A DNA stretch of 64,000 bases from an uncultured Mycoplasmatota bacterium (GCA_948466395.1 CAOKAG010000002.1:16062-80061), one strand, 5' to 3'; numbered from the stretch's first letter, positions 1 through 12,591 are shown. A program made the numbers and translations. Notes: generated by a model not told the origin, from the letters alone.

Positions 1-621
1 GGCAATCTCCTCAATGGCGTCTTCAGTGATTGAAATTTTTTCTTTTTCAGCAACCCATTTTATATGAGAAACCAATTCTTCAAAACTAATCTTTTTAAAA
101 TCAAATCTTTGACAACGAGACAATATAGTAATTGGAACACTTTCTATATTTGTAGTGGCCAAAATAAATACAATATGACTAGGAGGTTCTTCTAAAGTCA
201 ATAATAGAGCGTTAAAGGCACTTTTAGAAAGCATGTGAACCTCATCAATAATATAAACTTTATATTTACTAAAAGAAGGTGCAACTTTAACATTGTTAAT
301 AAGTTCTCTTACTTCATCGACACCATTATTAGAAGCAGCGTCAATTTCTATAATATCTGCACTATTATTCACATTAAGACAACTATAACATTTTCCACAA
401 GGAATGCCTGATTTTGGATTTTCACAATTAATCGTTCGAGCAAAAATCTTCGCGGTACTCGTTTTTCCTGTTCCTCTAGGTCCTGTAAAAATATAAGCAT
501 GAGAAATTTTATTACTAACAACAGCATTTTTCAGCATTTTAATAGTATACGTTTGACCAATAACTTCATCAAAAGAAAAAGGTCGATATTTTCTATAGAG
601 TACTTTGTAATCGTTTTCCAT
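1..621 (-). CDS. dnaX: DNA polymerase III subunit gamma/tau, N-terminal ~207 aa (gene continues past the window start)
   Basis: Minus-strand translation starting at ATG 619-621 reads MENDYKVLYRKYRPFSFDEVIGQTYTIKMLKNAVVSNKISHAYIFTGPRGTGKTSTAKIFA...IIDEVHMLS. It has the Walker A motif GPRGTGKTS and the clamp-loader box typical of DnaX. It is absent from the ORF track because it is truncated by the window edge. Confidence 0.85.
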   Translation of the reverse strand, partial: MENDYKVLYRKYRPFSFDEVIGQTYTIKMLKNAVVSNKISHAYIFTGPRGTGKTSTAKIFARTINCENPKSGIPCGKCYSCLNVNNSADIIEIDAASNNGVDEVRELINNVKVAPSFSKYKVYIIDEVHMLSKSAFNALLLTLEEPPSHIVFILATTNIESVPITILSRCQRFDFKKISFEELVSHIKWVAEKEKISITEDAIEEIA

Positions 622-666
622 AAGTTTCCCTCACTAAAATGTATTATAGCATAAAAAAAACAATTA

Positions 667-1086
667 CTATCGCATATTTTTAAAAAAATCAGATAATAAT
701 TGTTGATAACTATCTTTGTATTCTTTCAAATCCATTTTTTCAAAAGACGTACCAGTAAAATCATGTTTATAATCCAATTTATCTAATAGATAATAAACAG
801 TTTTAATTCGACTTTGCTTGATCACTTCTTCACACATCGCACACGGTTTTAACGTAACATAAAGGGTACAATCATTTAAATTCCAACGTTTTAATTTTTT
901 AGTAGCTTCTTTTATAGCTAGGATTTCAGCGTGAGCCATACTATCATTTTTCTTTTCTTTCAAATTAAATTTTTTAGATATGATCTTATTATCACATATT
1001 ATCATTGCCGAAACTGGAATTTCGCCTTTTGATGAAGCTTTTATAGCTAAACTTAATAATATATCTACAATATCTAAATCATTCAT
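667..1086 (-). CDS. tadA: tRNA-specific adenosine deaminase (CMP/dCMP deaminase zinc-binding fold)
   Basis: HAEILAIKEA...LKPCAMCEEVI is the H(A)E / PCxxC zinc-binding signature. The start is placed at the internal ATG (MNDLDIV...) preceded by AGGTGA. The track's longer ORF starts at a GTG that would overlap the SRP RNA. Confidence 0.85.
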   Translation of the reverse strand: MNDLDIVDILLSLAIKASSKGEIPVSAMIICDNKIISKKFNLKEKKNDSMAHAEILAIKEATKKLKRWNLNDCTLYVTLKPCAMCEEVIKQSRIKTVYYLLDKLDYKHDFTGTSFEKMDLKEYKDSYQQLLSDFFKNMR

Positions 1087-1099
1087 AAAATCACCTATA

Positions 1100-1180
1100 A
1101 AAAAAGTGCACACGAATAGGGACTGACGTGGCTGCTATCTTCCGATCCTGACCAGTTTACAATATATTCGTTGCACAAAC
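1100..1180 (-). ncRNA. ffs: small (4.5S-type) signal recognition particle RNA
   Basis: The minus-strand sequence GGTCAGGATCGGAAGATAGCAGCCACG matches the conserved SRP domain IV (GGUCAGGUCCGGAAGGAAGCAGCCAAG) at about 23 of 27 positions. The terminal arms pair (GTGCAACGAATA / TATTCGTGTGCAC). A T-run follows on the minus strand. Confidence 0.55.
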
Positions 1181-1203
1181 AAATAATATCAATAATATAA
1201 AAA

Positions 1204-1229
1204 AATAGCAAATGTTTCACGTGAAACAT
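1204..1229. repeat. palindromic repeat copy 1 (AAATGTTTCACGTGAAACATTG), hairpin followed by a T-run on the minus strand
   Basis: Perfect 18-bp palindrome ATGTTTCACGTGAAACAT. The same core recurs at 1747-1768 and 2325-2346. Confidence 0.6.
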
Positions 1230-1744
1230 TGAAATAGAATTTAAAATAATTGACTTCAAGTTAGTAATATAGGATGAATAATTGAGAAAAGGAGAGATTT
1301 AAATGAATAACAAAAATCAATATTATAATAAAATAAAATTTGTAGAGTATTATGTTAAAGATGATATAACAGGAGAATAAATATGGCGAGAAAAATTCAA
1401 TGCTTCATTTGTACACAGAAACAGTAAAAACAAATTTAATAAAAATGAAAGATTAAATGCTAATATCATCTTATTTTTAGGAAAATACTTAGAAAAATGC
1501 ACAGAATCAGATTATAACGAATATACAAAAAACTAATAGTTGTTATTTAGAAAAAGTACCAATTAAAATATTAGAAAAGGGATCAAATGATAATGATGAG
1601 TATTACGATAATCCAGTAATTTTTCAATTAGAATTTATAAACGAAGAAGAATTAAAGTATAATGACTATCTATTTGTATCTTGTGAAATTGATATTGAAG
1701 TTGAAGATAGATGTATACGATGGTAATGACAATCATAAGCATTA

Positions 1745-1780
1745 TAAATAGATGTTTCACGTGAAACATCTATTTTTTAT
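1745..1780 (+). terminator. intrinsic terminator built on palindrome copy 2 (AAATAGATGTTTCACGTGAAACATCTATTT + TTTTATTTT)
   Basis: A 13-15 bp perfect stem followed by a T-run on the plus strand. It sits immediately 3' of the 110-aa minus-strand ORF. Confidence 0.6.
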
Positions 1781-2109
1781 TTTCTAATTCTACAAAATTC
1801 TTTTTCTATGTGCAGTATTGCACTTTCTAAATTTGAAAATTCTGTATAAGTAGGAAATTTCCCAGACAAATCTTTTTTTTTGCTTGGCCATCCCAAATGA
1901 ACAATTACAGCACGCCCATTTTTCGTTAAATATAAAGCATCGTCATCTGCAAAAGATTTTCCTACAAAACATTCTATATTATTGTATAAGGGATGTTTCT
2001 CACATAATTCGTTATTAAGTTCTTCCATATACATTTCACTATTCCACCATCCCCAATAAAAATCTTCACCATATTTTCTAATTAGACTGTCCCATATTTC
2101 TTTATACAT
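1777..2109 (-). CDS. hypothetical W-rich 110-aa protein
   Basis: ORF with a GAGGTG ribosome-binding site 7 nt upstream. No family recognised. It is flanked on both sides by the palindromic repeat. Confidence 0.6.
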   Translation of the reverse strand: MYKEIWDSLIRKYGEDFYWGWWNSEMYMEELNNELCEKHPLYNNIECFVGKSFADDDALYLTKNGRAVIVHLGWPSKKKDLSGKFPTYTEFSNLESAILHIEKEFCRIRK

Positions 2110-2320
2110 TTAAACACCTCAATTAATACTATTGAACTATTTTAACAGACTTTATCATACATTGCATTAATTTCAAAAAATTATTTATTCAATTTACAAA
2201 ATCTAGAAAACATACTTATATACTATTTCTATATATTGGTTATTAAAATATAAAATTATAAAAAAGACTTAATCAAACTCATATTATTTATAAAACATTT
2301 TAAATTAATTTTATAAAAAA

Positions 2321-2346
2321 AGATGTTTCACGTGAAACATCTCTAC
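2321..2346 (-). terminator. gyrA intrinsic terminator built on palindrome copy 3 (AGAGATGTTTCACGTGAAACATCT + TTTTTTTAT on the minus strand)
   Basis: The hairpin starts 1 nt after the gyrA stop, and a run of 7 T follows on the minus strand. Confidence 0.65.
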
Positions 2347-4799
2347 TCTTCAGTATGACTATTTTCTTCATCTTCTATATTCTCTTCATTAGTCTTCTCA
2401 ACCAAACTTATATTAGATACTTCTTGATTATCCTTAAGGTTAATAAGTCGAACACCTTGAGTAACACGACCTAAAACATTGATTTGATCTAAAGGAACTC
2501 GAATGATCATACCTGTATTTGTTACAATAACCAAATCATGATTTTCCTTAGCAAGTTTAAATGCCGCCAAATCACCATTCTTCTCTGTAACATTTAAAGC
2601 TTTAACCCCTTTGCTTCCACGTCTTGTTTGACGATAGTCAGAAACGTTTGTTTGTTTACCATAACCTTTTTTAGTAACAATAATTAATGAATCATTTTCC
2701 ATTGCTTTCTCAGCACCAATACATTCACTATTTTCTAAAGAAATACCACGAACTCCGCTAGCGGTTCTTCCCATAACACGTACTTCATCTTCAATAAACT
2801 TAACCATACGACCATCACTAGAAGCAAGCAATATAGAATCTTCTCCCGTTGTTTTTTGAACTGAAATAAGTTCATCTGTCTCTCTTAAACTAATGCAAAT
2901 CTTACCATTGTTACGAATATTATCAAACTCAGCAATAGCAGTACGTTTTACAATTCCTTGTTTAGTCGCAAAAAGCAAATATTTAGCTGAATCTTCTCTT
3001 TCAATACTTAGTATCGAATTAATTTTTTCTTCTTTTTCGATTTGAAGCAAGTTAATAACTGGTAACCCTTTCGATTGTCTACTAAATTCAGGGATTTCAT
3101 AACCTTTCAAACGATAAACCTTACCCTTATTTGTAAAGAATAAAATATAATCATGAGTGCATAAGCTGACAATATGTTCAACAAAATCTTCTTCGTGAGT
3201 ATTCATCCCTTTAACTCCTACGCCACCACGATTTTGAAGTTTAAAGGTATCACTCGTAGTACGCTTAATATAACCATTGTGCGTAAGTGCTATAATTATA
3301 TCTTCTTCAGGAATCAATGACTCATCTTCAATAAACTCAATCGCTGACATATCAATATTCGTACGACGTTCATCCGCATACTTATTTTTAATTTCCAATA
3401 ATTCTTCTCTTATAATAGCCAATACTTTCTCTTCGCTAGCTAAAATTGCACGCAACTCTTCAATTGTTTTCAATAAATCAGCCAATTCATTTTCAATTTT
3501 CTCACGTTCTAATCCCGTCAAACGACGCAATTTCATTTCTAATATCGCATTAGCTTGAATATCATCAAGACCAAATTTAGACATTAATTGTGCCTTAGCG
3601 ATAACATCTGTTTCAGACTCACGAATCGTCTTAATCACTTCATCCAAATGGTCTAAAGCTATTTTTAAACCCTCTAAAATATGAACTCTATCTAAGGCTT
3701 TGTCTAAATCATATTTTGTTCTACGTACAATAATTTCTTTTTGATAATCAATATATTTAGAAATAATCTCTTTAAGACCCAATATTTTAGGTGAACCTTG
3801 GTCTATCATTAATAAATTAATACCATACGTTGTTTGTAACTGAGTATACTTATATAAATTGTTAAGAACTACATTAGCATTTGCATCTCTTTTAATGTAT
3901 ATAACTACGCGAACTGGATTTTCTAAGTTTGATTCTTCGTGAAGTTCACTAATACCATCAATAATCTTATCACGTACCAACTCACCCATTCTTGTTTGAA
4001 ACTCAGCTTTATTCACTTGATAAGGCAAAGAAGAAACAATAATACGCGTTTTTCCATTAACTTCTTCTATATCAGCTTGACCTCGTATAGTAATTGACCC
4101 TTTACCTGTTTCATAAGCTTTTTTTATACCACTATTTCCAAGAATAGAAGCTCCTGTAGGAAAATCAGGTCCTTTAATAAATTTCATCAGTCCATCAATA
4201 TCAATTTCACGATTATCAATATAGGCAACACATCCATCAATAACTTCTCCTAAATTATGAGGAGGAATATTTGTTGCCATACCAACAGCAATTCCCATCG
4301 TTCCATTAACTAAAATATTAGGAAAACGACTTGGTAAAATAACTGGTTCATGTTCAGTTTCATCAAAATTTGGTAAAAAATCTACAGTATCTTTATTTAA
4401 ATCTCGAACCATCTCAAGAGCAATTTTAGATAGTCTTGCTTCGGTATAACGCATAGCTGCGGCACCGTCACCATCCATATTACCAAAATTTCCGTGACCA
4501 TCAACTAGCATATGTCGAAAACTAAAATCTTGCGCCATACGAACCATTGCTTCATAAATTGAAGAATCGCCATGTGGGTGATATTTACCCATAACATCTC
4601 CGACAATTCTAGCACACTTACGATGAGGTTTATCTGGTGTATAGCTAGATTCAAACATAGAAAACAAAATACGACGATGCACAGGTTTTAAACCATCTCT
4701 TAAATCTGGTAATGCACGAGCAACAATTACGCTCATAGCATATCTACCAAATGAATACTTAAACTCTTCAGTAATACTATTCTCTACAATTTTATCCAT
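2343..4799 (-). CDS. gyrA: DNA gyrase subunit A
   Basis: 818 aa. The N-terminus has the [23 protein letters not shown] motif and a C-terminal beta-pinwheel follows. It is adjacent to gyrB. Confidence 0.97.
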   Translation of the reverse strand: MDKIVENSITEEFKYSFGRYAMSVIVARALPDLRDGLKPVHRRILFSMFESSYTPDKPHRKCARIVGDVMGKYHPHGDSSIYEAMVRMAQDFSFRHMLVDGHGNFGNMDGDGAAAMRYTEARLSKIALEMVRDLNKDTVDFLPNFDETEHEPVILPSRFPNILVNGTMGIAVGMATNIPPHNLGEVIDGCVAYIDNREIDIDGLMKFIKGPDFPTGASILGNSGIKKAYETGKGSITIRGQADIEEVNGKTRIIVSSLPYQVNKAEFQTRMGELVRDKIIDGISELHEESNLENPVRVVIYIKRDANANVVLNNLYKYTQLQTTYGINLLMIDQGSPKILGLKEIISKYIDYQKEIIVRRTKYDLDKALDRVHILEGLKIALDHLDEVIKTIRESETDVIAKAQLMSKFGLDDIQANAILEMKLRRLTGLEREKIENELADLLKTIEELRAILASEEKVLAIIREELLEIKNKYADERRTNIDMSAIEFIEDESLIPEEDIIIALTHNGYIKRTTSDTFKLQNRGGVGVKGMNTHEEDFVEHIVSLCTHDYILFFTNKGKVYRLKGYEIPEFSRQSKGLPVINLLQIEKEEKINSILSIEREDSAKYLLFATKQGIVKRTAIAEFDNIRNNGKICISLRETDELISVQKTTGEDSILLASSDGRMVKFIEDEVRVMGRTASGVRGISLENSECIGAEKAMENDSLIIVTKKGYGKQTNVSDYRQTRRGSKGVKALNVTEKNGDLAAFKLAKENHDLVIVTNTGMIIRVPLDQINVLGRVTQGVRLINLKDNQEVSNISLVEKTNEENIEDEENSHTEE

Positions 4800-4812
4800 T
4801 GTTCATAACCTC

Positions 4813-7829
<3,017 letters not shown>

Positions 7830-8195
7830 ATTTTACCTCTTTTATGCCCATATAATAAAAATAATAGGTAATATGTACTCCTATACCTATGAACATTATA
7901 CCATATTTTTTCCCTTATTTAAAAGGTTTTTCGTAAATTATAAAAGAAAAATGGATTTAAATTTCTAAATAAAGAATGAAAGGATTTGAGCTGGAACCCA
8001 TCGTGAAAAGCAACCTCATCATAGTTAAACAGCTTCATCATTTAGAATGATTTCTTTTTCTAATTCATTCTCCACAAACCATCCTTACTGACATTCTTGA
8101 TAAACACCTCAGCCTAGATTCGTTTTAGTCTTTTCTTTTATTTATAATGTTCTTTCTTTTCCATACTAAAAGATGGAAAAATTGATTTTCCAACT

Positions 8196-8642
8196 TTAAT
8201 TTTCATTTTTTCTTTCTCTGATAAGCGCTTCTAATCGAGTAGAACGTAGAATTTGATTTTCAATAACAGGTAAAGAATGATCTAAAACAATTTTATCGCC
8301 ATTTTTAAAACAGAGAACCAATCGTCCTTGATGATAATAATAATTTTCTATTTTATTAAATCGAATCCAAGTACAACTTGTTTTTTTAGAAGATTCAGTA
8401 GGAAAAAAAATAATCCTCTTACTTTCTTCCACAACTACAGGAACTTTATACTTAACACCAATTAAAGAAGTCGTTCCTTTTCTTCTCCCCTCTAAACTAC
8501 TTCCAAAATAAGAACAACTGCTTTCCATAATACTATTAGCGTTCTCATCAACCACAAAACACTTATCTTCCTCATATACTCTCGTCCTTGCATCCAATGA
8601 ATACAAAGCAATTGTTTTTTCATTAATTTTATATTTTTCCAT
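8196..8642 (-). CDS. comK: ComK-family competence transcription factor-like protein
   Basis: SCSYFGSSLEGRRKGT and IIFFPTESSKKTSCTWIR align with B. subtilis ComK SCRFFGSSYAGRKAGT and IFLFPTLSSTRPQCGWIS. The start is at the internal ATG (MEKYKINEK) with an AAGGAGAG Shine-Dalgarno. The upstream part of the track ORF merely reads through the ribosome-binding site. Confidence 0.7.
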   Translation of the reverse strand: MEKYKINEKTIALYSLDARTRVYEEDKCFVVDENANSIMESSCSYFGSSLEGRRKGTTSLIGVKYKVPVVVEESKRIIFFPTESSKKTSCTWIRFNKIENYYYHQGRLVLCFKNGDKIVLDHSLPVIENQILRSTRLEALIRERKNEN

Positions 8643-8736
8643 ATTATCTCTCCTTAATAACAATTGCGTTCTATCCTATCGAATAAAATTATAGAAAATT
8701 GTCGAAAAATAAAAAAATGAAAAAAAATTTCATTTT

Positions 8737-9855
8737 TTAAAACGTTTTAATCGGTAAAATAAGTTGAATGAGAGACTCATCCTCTACAGATTTCACAATA
8801 ATAGGTTTAATATCATTAGTTAATAACAAAACAATTTTTTCATCTTTTATTGTTTTTAAAGCTTCCAACATATACTTAGCACTAAAAGAAATATCAATCA
8901 TCGCTCCTTCATCTGTATCTATTTTAAGTTTTTCCTCAAGTTTTCCACTCTCACTAGCATAAGAGGTTATCGTCATTTCTTGATTAGCAATATTCATTCT
9001 TATTATATTTTTATCTTTTCCTTGTATCAATAAAGCCGCACGATCAACACTAGAACTAAAATCATCTTTACTCAACTTCACTTCCATACCAAACTCATTA
9101 GGAATAAGATTAGAAGTATTCGGATATTGACCTGATAACAAATTAGTCTGAAATTTAATATTTTTATATTTAAACAAAACTTTATTATTAAAAATATGCA
9201 TTTCTACCATTTCATCATCAGTAATAATTTTTTCAAGTTCTAAAATATTTTTTCCTGGAATAACAATATTTACATCTGTATCAATCGGATGAGAAAGTTC
9301 AATACTTTTCTTTGCTAAACGATAAGAATCGGTAGCAATAAACACTAATAGATTTCCTGCAATCGTTATATTAACTCCCGTCAATAAAGGCCTTAATTCC
9401 TGTGTAGAAATCGCAAAAACCGTTTGATTAATCAACGATTTTAAAGTTTCTCCTTTTAATAAAATCGGATCCTTATGTTCATCCATTCTAAGATTAGGAT
9501 AATCATTCGCATCTAGACAATTTAAATGATATTGAGCAAAATCGGTATAGATTCTAATTTTCAAACGATCAATCACTTCAAAGTTAATCACATCACTAGG
9601 TAATTTTCTTATAATATCTAAAATAAACTTACTTTGAATAACAATGGTCCCTTCATTCTCAATACTTTTAATTTCTTTTTGTGATATAAACGAATTAATC
9701 GTTAAATCACTATCACTAGCAGTTAATGACAAGCCTTCATTTGTTAACTCAAATTTAATACCATTTAATACTGGAATAACATTTTTAGTCGAAATACCTT
9801 TAATAACATGGTTTAAATTTTCTAATATAATAGTTTTATCAATTGTAAATTTCAT
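8737..9855 (-). CDS. dnaN: DNA polymerase III beta sliding clamp
   Basis: 372 aa. It starts MKFTIDK and has the three-domain clamp architecture. It lies immediately downstream of dnaA. Confidence 0.95.
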   Translation of the reverse strand: MKFTIDKTIILENLNHVIKGISTKNVIPVLNGIKFELTNEGLSLTASDSDLTINSFISQKEIKSIENEGTIVIQSKFILDIIRKLPSDVINFEVIDRLKIRIYTDFAQYHLNCLDANDYPNLRMDEHKDPILLKGETLKSLINQTVFAISTQELRPLLTGVNITIAGNLLVFIATDSYRLAKKSIELSHPIDTDVNIVIPGKNILELEKIITDDEMVEMHIFNNKVLFKYKNIKFQTNLLSGQYPNTSNLIPNEFGMEVKLSKDDFSSSVDRAALLIQGKDKNIIRMNIANQEMTITSYASESGKLEEKLKIDTDEGAMIDISFSAKYMLEALKTIKDEKIVLLLTNDIKPIIVKSVEDESLIQLILPIKTF

Positions 9856-9983
9856 TTTGGTTCCTTCTTTCTTATTTTTTTATTATTTTTATTATTATAC
9901 TGTTGATAATGTTTATAACCTCTTTTTTTCTTTTATATTCTAGCATGAAGACAAGAATAACTTGTGAATAATTATTCACATTT
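9856..9983. promoter_or_regulatory. oriC downstream element (AT-rich unwinding region plus a DnaA box) between dnaA and dnaN
   Basis: The region is an extreme A/T run (TTATTTTTTTATTATTTTTATTATTATACTGTTGATAATG). It contains TGTTGATAA, the reverse complement of TTATCAACA, which is one mismatch from the DnaA box. Confidence 0.5.
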
Positions 9984-11363
9984 TCACAATTTACTTTTTA
10001 TTTCATTAATCTCCAACTCCAATTTTTTATCAACTTTTAAAGATTGACTTATTTTATTACGAGCATGTATAACCGTCGCATGATTTTTTCCACCAAATTC
10101 TAAGCCAATCCTTGAAGTCGTCTCTTCAGTTAACATTTGACAAAGATACATAGCAACAAGCCTTGCATTAGCAATATTTTGAGTTCTTCTTTTTCCTTTA
10201 AGATTTTCGACAGTAACATGATAAAAATCAGCCACAACTTTTTGAATATTCTCAATGGTATTTTCAGAATAAATATTTTTATTAACATAATCATTTAAAG
10301 CTTCATTAGCAAATTCAAGGTCAATCACTTTTGGAACAATCATGGCTGTATAGGCCATCAATCGATTAATTGTGCCTGTTAAAAAGCGAACATCATTAGG
10401 ACAACTGTTGGCAATAAATTCAATAACATCCTCATTGATTTTGGCTTCAATATTAAATCCCGAAATTTTCTGTTTAACAATTCGACATCGAAGATCAAAA
10501 TCAGGTGGAGAAATATTAACAGGTAAGCCCCACATAAATCGACTTCTCAAACGTTCTTCTAATAATTTTAAATCATTCGGGCTACGATCAGAACTAATAA
10601 TCAATTGCTTATTAGATCGATGAAGTTCATTGAAAGTATAAAAGAATTCCTCTTGTGTTTTTTCAGCACCAACTAAGTATTGAATATCATCAATTATTAA
10701 GACATCTACGTTTCGATATTTTTTTTTAAAGTTATTCGCATAATCAATTGTATTTTGTCCCTTTGATTGATTCGCAATGCCGATATAATCATTCATAAAC
10801 ATATCACTCGTCGTATATAAAACTCTTTTATTTGTGTGTTCAGTAATAAAGTTTCCTATTGCATGCATGAGATGTGTCTTTCCTAAGCCACTTTTTCCGT
10901 AAATAAACAAGGGATTATGTATTTTTCCAGGTTCTTCCGCTACCGCCATTCCCGCCATTTTAGCAAGCCGATTGGTATCTCCTACAATATAATTATCAAA
11001 ATTTAAATCAGCTTTTAAATTGCTATTCCATATTTCTTCGGTATTTAATGTTTCTTTTGTAATAATTTCTGATCCATCATTTTCAATAGGTATTGGCTCA
11101 GAGGGAATGATTTTTTCAATTTCATCTTCTAAAATAAATTGAATATCGTAAGAAATACCTGAAAGCTTTGATAAGACCTCTTCAATTAAAGTATAATAAT
11201 TGTCTTTTAACCATTTTTTATGAAAATCAGTGGGAACTTGAACAATCATATTATTATGTTCCGCTTTTAATAATTTTAAATCTTTAAACCAAGTATTATA
11301 AGAAGCAGAATTAACTTCTTGTTTCATATTTTCAAGAAAGTTATTCCATAAGTTATCAACCAT
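9984..11363 (-). CDS. dnaA: chromosomal replication initiator DnaA
   Basis: The N-terminus is MVDNLWNNFLE. The AAA+ domain has GKSGLGKTHL, and the C-terminal DNA-binding domain has the IGLEFGGKNHATVIHA-like signature. The start is placed at the second ATG, because the 12 aa upstream in the track ORF are not DnaA-like. Confidence 0.95.
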   Translation of the reverse strand: MVDNLWNNFLENMKQEVNSASYNTWFKDLKLLKAEHNNMIVQVPTDFHKKWLKDNYYTLIEEVLSKLSGISYDIQFILEDEIEKIIPSEPIPIENDGSEIITKETLNTEEIWNSNLKADLNFDNYIVGDTNRLAKMAGMAVAEEPGKIHNPLFIYGKSGLGKTHLMHAIGNFITEHTNKRVLYTTSDMFMNDYIGIANQSKGQNTIDYANNFKKKYRNVDVLIIDDIQYLVGAEKTQEEFFYTFNELHRSNKQLIISSDRSPNDLKLLEERLRSRFMWGLPVNISPPDFDLRCRIVKQKISGFNIEAKINEDVIEFIANSCPNDVRFLTGTINRLMAYTAMIVPKVIDLEFANEALNDYVNKNIYSENTIENIQKVVADFYHVTVENLKGKRRTQNIANARLVAMYLCQMLTEETTSRIGLEFGGKNHATVIHARNKISQSLKVDKKLELEINEIKSKL

Positions 11364-11399
11364 GACATCCAAAATCCTCACCCCGCATATCTGTACCAT

Positions 11400-12088
11400 C
11401 TAACCAATTTCATTGTAGCTCAATTTTATATAAATGAAAAGATTAAAACAATTAGACACAACTTATTAACAAGTTATGAACAGGAATTTGACCTTATTTT
11501 AACTGAGTTTACAATATTTATCAACATTATTAACAAAAAAAGAGTTTTAGATATAAACAAAGTGCATAACCATTATCAACACTTAAGTTAATTATGTGAA
11601 TAAGCATTCAAGTAAGCATAAAATCATGTAAAGTTATTAACAAACTATCCACAAAGGATAAAATAGATTAAAAAAAATCCATAAACAAAAATCTTAGTTG
11701 TTCATAACTTATTTTTTATAAGTTCTTCTATCGCTCTTTCAAAAAAATTAAATATTCTTTCTTTTTTATCTTCATTGTTTAATTTACACCTACAAAAAAC
11801 GCGTTTCTTTTTTTATCCAAGAAACAGGATTCATGTTCAATCCATTGAGTAGCCTTTTCCAAATTAACTACCACACTCTATATTAGTCGTTGCATGTTTC
11901 TTCATGACCTCATAATTGATTAACTCGTCTTTTTCGTGAACAGAACAAAAATTGTTCTTCTATAGACTTATTGCTCACATAATAGATTAGATTGTAAGTA
12001 CAAATCGTTCATCTTTATAAATCTTCTTGACTTTTTAAACATTATAATAATATAATAAGTAGACTTTTAATTTAAAGGAGGAAGAAAA
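11400..12088. promoter_or_regulatory. oriC upstream DnaA-box cluster and the dnaA/rpmH divergent promoter region
   Basis: TATCCACA is at ~11649. TTATCAACA is at ~11519 and ~11571. Weaker boxes are TTATCCAAG (~11813) and TTATGAACA (~11475). This fits the classic Firmicute bipartite oriC flanking dnaA. Confidence 0.6.
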
Positions 12089-12214
12089 ATGTTTAGTACT
12101 TATACACCAAATAAAAGAAGAAAAGCAAAAAAACATGGATTTTTTGCTAGAAAAGAAACAAAAATATTAAAAAATAGAAGAAAAAAAGGTCGTAAAAATT
12201 TAATTACTAAATAA
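12089..12214 (+). CDS. rpmH: 50S ribosomal protein L34
   Basis: The 41-aa product is MFSTYTPNKRRKAKKHGFFARKETKILKNRRKKGRKNLITK, preceded by a GGAGG Shine-Dalgarno. It is below the ORF-track size cutoff. Confidence 0.9.
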   Translation: MFSTYTPNKRRKAKKHGFFARKETKILKNRRKKGRKNLITK

Positions 12215-12234
12215 GCCACAGTACGTGGTTTTTT

Positions 12235-12591
12235 TTGCTTACATTTAAGAAAGAAGGGCTTTTTATAAAAAAATATGAAATGGTCAAAGAAAAAAAAGAC
12301 TTTAACGCTATCATCAATCACTCTCGTTTTTTTAAAAATAGTTACTACACTATATATATAAGGAAAAGAAAAGATAATGAAAATAAATATGGGCTTGCGA
12401 TAAGTAAAAAAGTAGGTAACGCCGTAGTAAGGAATAAATTAAAAAGACAAGTAAGAGCTTTAATTGATAATGTAAAAGAAACCTTTCCAAAAGGAAGAGA
12501 TTATATTATAATGATAAAAAGAAATTGTTTAGAAATAAATTTTCAAGAAATGAAAATCAATCTAATACAATTAATAGAGGAGATAAAATGA
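12235..12591 (+). CDS. rnpA: ribonuclease P protein component
   Basis: GLAISKKVGNAVVRNKLKRQVR matches the RnpA RNR-like motif region. The exact start is uncertain: it is either the internal ATG at ~12280 or an upstream TTG. Confidence 0.85.
   Translation: MLTFKKEGLFIKKYEMVKEKKDFNAIINHSRFFKNSYYTIYIRKRKDNENKYGLAISKKVGNAVVRNKLKRQVRALIDNVKETFPKGRDYIIMIKRNCLEINFQEMKINLIQLIEEIK

Noticed and set aside
3277-3558. Antisense ORFs inside gyrA, gyrB, dnaN, dnaA, mnmE, murA, essC, ftsH and others (e.g. 3277-3558, 5510-5728, 14928-15422, 30863-31336, 36396-36635, 55616-55870)
   Set aside because: They lie wholly within well-supported genes on the opposite strand and have low-complexity S/F/I-rich translations with no ribosome-binding site. 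They are typical AT-rich antisense artefacts.
12215-12240. Hairpin plus T-run (CCACAGTACGTGG TTTTTTTT) between rpmH and rnpA as a full terminator
   Set aside because: rpmH-rnpA are normally co-transcribed, and the T-run overlaps the possible rnpA TTG start. It is more likely a partial attenuator or pause site, so it is not listed as a feature.
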